Positions 63,546-64,000 of a DNA stretch of 64,000 bases are shown here, in pieces. This DNA is from Dictyostelium discoideum (taxonomy: Eukaryota), in assembly GCA_000004695.1 (NCBI GenBank), contig CM000153.2, forward strand, positions 3,776,001 to 3,840,000, read 5' to 3'. The notes below the pieces were generated by a model. The model was not told where the DNA came from and searched no databases. It saw only the letters and a program-made list of their open reading frames with translations. Position 1 is the stretch's first letter; each line of letters opens with the position of its first letter. A program made the translations under genes and the position numbers.

Positions 63546-64000
63546 TTACTTTATTTTAAAATCTGATTCCAGTATTTGAATTGATAAATTATCTTTTGTT
63601 ATTATATTATTTGTTAAAGCATTATTATTATTATTATTATGATTATGATTAGTTAAATCTAAACAAATTGCAATTACAAAAGAGTTATTATTATTATCTT
63701 TATCATTTTTAAAAGGTTTAAAATAAGTGAATTGGTAATTGTTTAAAATTGATTTGTTCTTTTTATCATTTAATATAAATATTTGAGCAGTTTGATTTGT
63801 TTGATCAATTATAAATTCAAAACTTTTCAATTCAATGTTTAAACCTTTACCATCAGCTTTTATATAACTTTCTTTTAAACACCAATGAATGAAAAATAAA
63901 TCAATTTTACTTTGATCATCTTTACCTTGATTAATTATTTTCCATTCATTATCTGTAAAACATGATGACATTGTATCAAAGAATTCACTCATCTTTAATA
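63546..64000 (-). CDS. 4'-phosphopantetheinyl transferase (AASDHPPT/Sfp-type), 3' portion. The gene continues beyond the window end.
   Basis: LFFIHWCLKESYIKADGKGL matches the conserved W..KEA..KA.G.G motif of PPTase C-terminal domains. The ORF runs off the window edge. Confidence 0.5.
   Translation of the reverse strand, partial: LKMSEFFDTMSSCFTDNEWKIINQGKDDQSKIDLFFIHWCLKESYIKADGKGLNIELKSFEFIIDQTNQTAQIFILNDKKNKSILNNYQFTYFKPFKNDKDNNNNSFVIAICLDLTNHNHNNNNNNALTNNIITKDNLSIQILESDFKIK

Overview
This window is AT-rich (about 75-80% A+T) social-amoeba nuclear DNA, most consistent with Dictyostelium discoideum or a close relative. The inference rests on GTAAGT...AG introns of 70-110 nt, in-frame (AAT)n and (CAA)n tracts coding poly-Asn and poly-Gln, and long homopolymer runs in the spacers. 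It is a gene-dense chromosomal arm segment with about 25 protein-coding genes. No rRNA, tRNA, CRISPR array or recognisable transposon was found. The ORF track uses alternative start codons (TTG/GTG/CTG) and reads through introns, so I rebuilt exon structures by hand from splice signals and from homology I could recognise by eye.

Genes I can name with reasonable support:
- rpl18a (3' exon)
- SPX-EXS phosphate exporter (XPR1/PHO1 type)
- ENPP-family ectonucleotide pyrophosphatase
- mitochondrial alanine aminotransferase
- vps53
- two tandem METTL7-like methyltransferases
- OTUD5-like OTU deubiquitinase
- Siw14/PFA-DSP phosphatase
- a LIM-domain protein with a roughly 700-residue E/R/K-rich helix
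- an ankyrin-like protein
- a RhoGAP
- TIP41-like
- an SMP-domain protein (Mmm1-like)
- a GPI-anchored Ser-rich modular protein
- a mid-SUN (SUCO/Slp1-type) protein
- the 3' part of a 4'-phosphopantetheinyl transferase

The most unusual region is 5.2-17.9 kb. It holds three paralogues of a receptor-like kinase family in different states of decay. One is full length (ectodomain, TM, TKL-like kinase) but with two +1 frameshifts. One has a -1 frameshift and a kinase truncated after the VAIK region. One is a secreted ectodomain-only copy on the opposite strand, overlapping its neighbour's 3' end. The second point of interest is an exact DUSE (TCCCACAA) ncRNA-promoter motif in front of a GC-richer island inside a 3 kb ORF-free spacer, which makes a candidate unannotated ncRNA gene.
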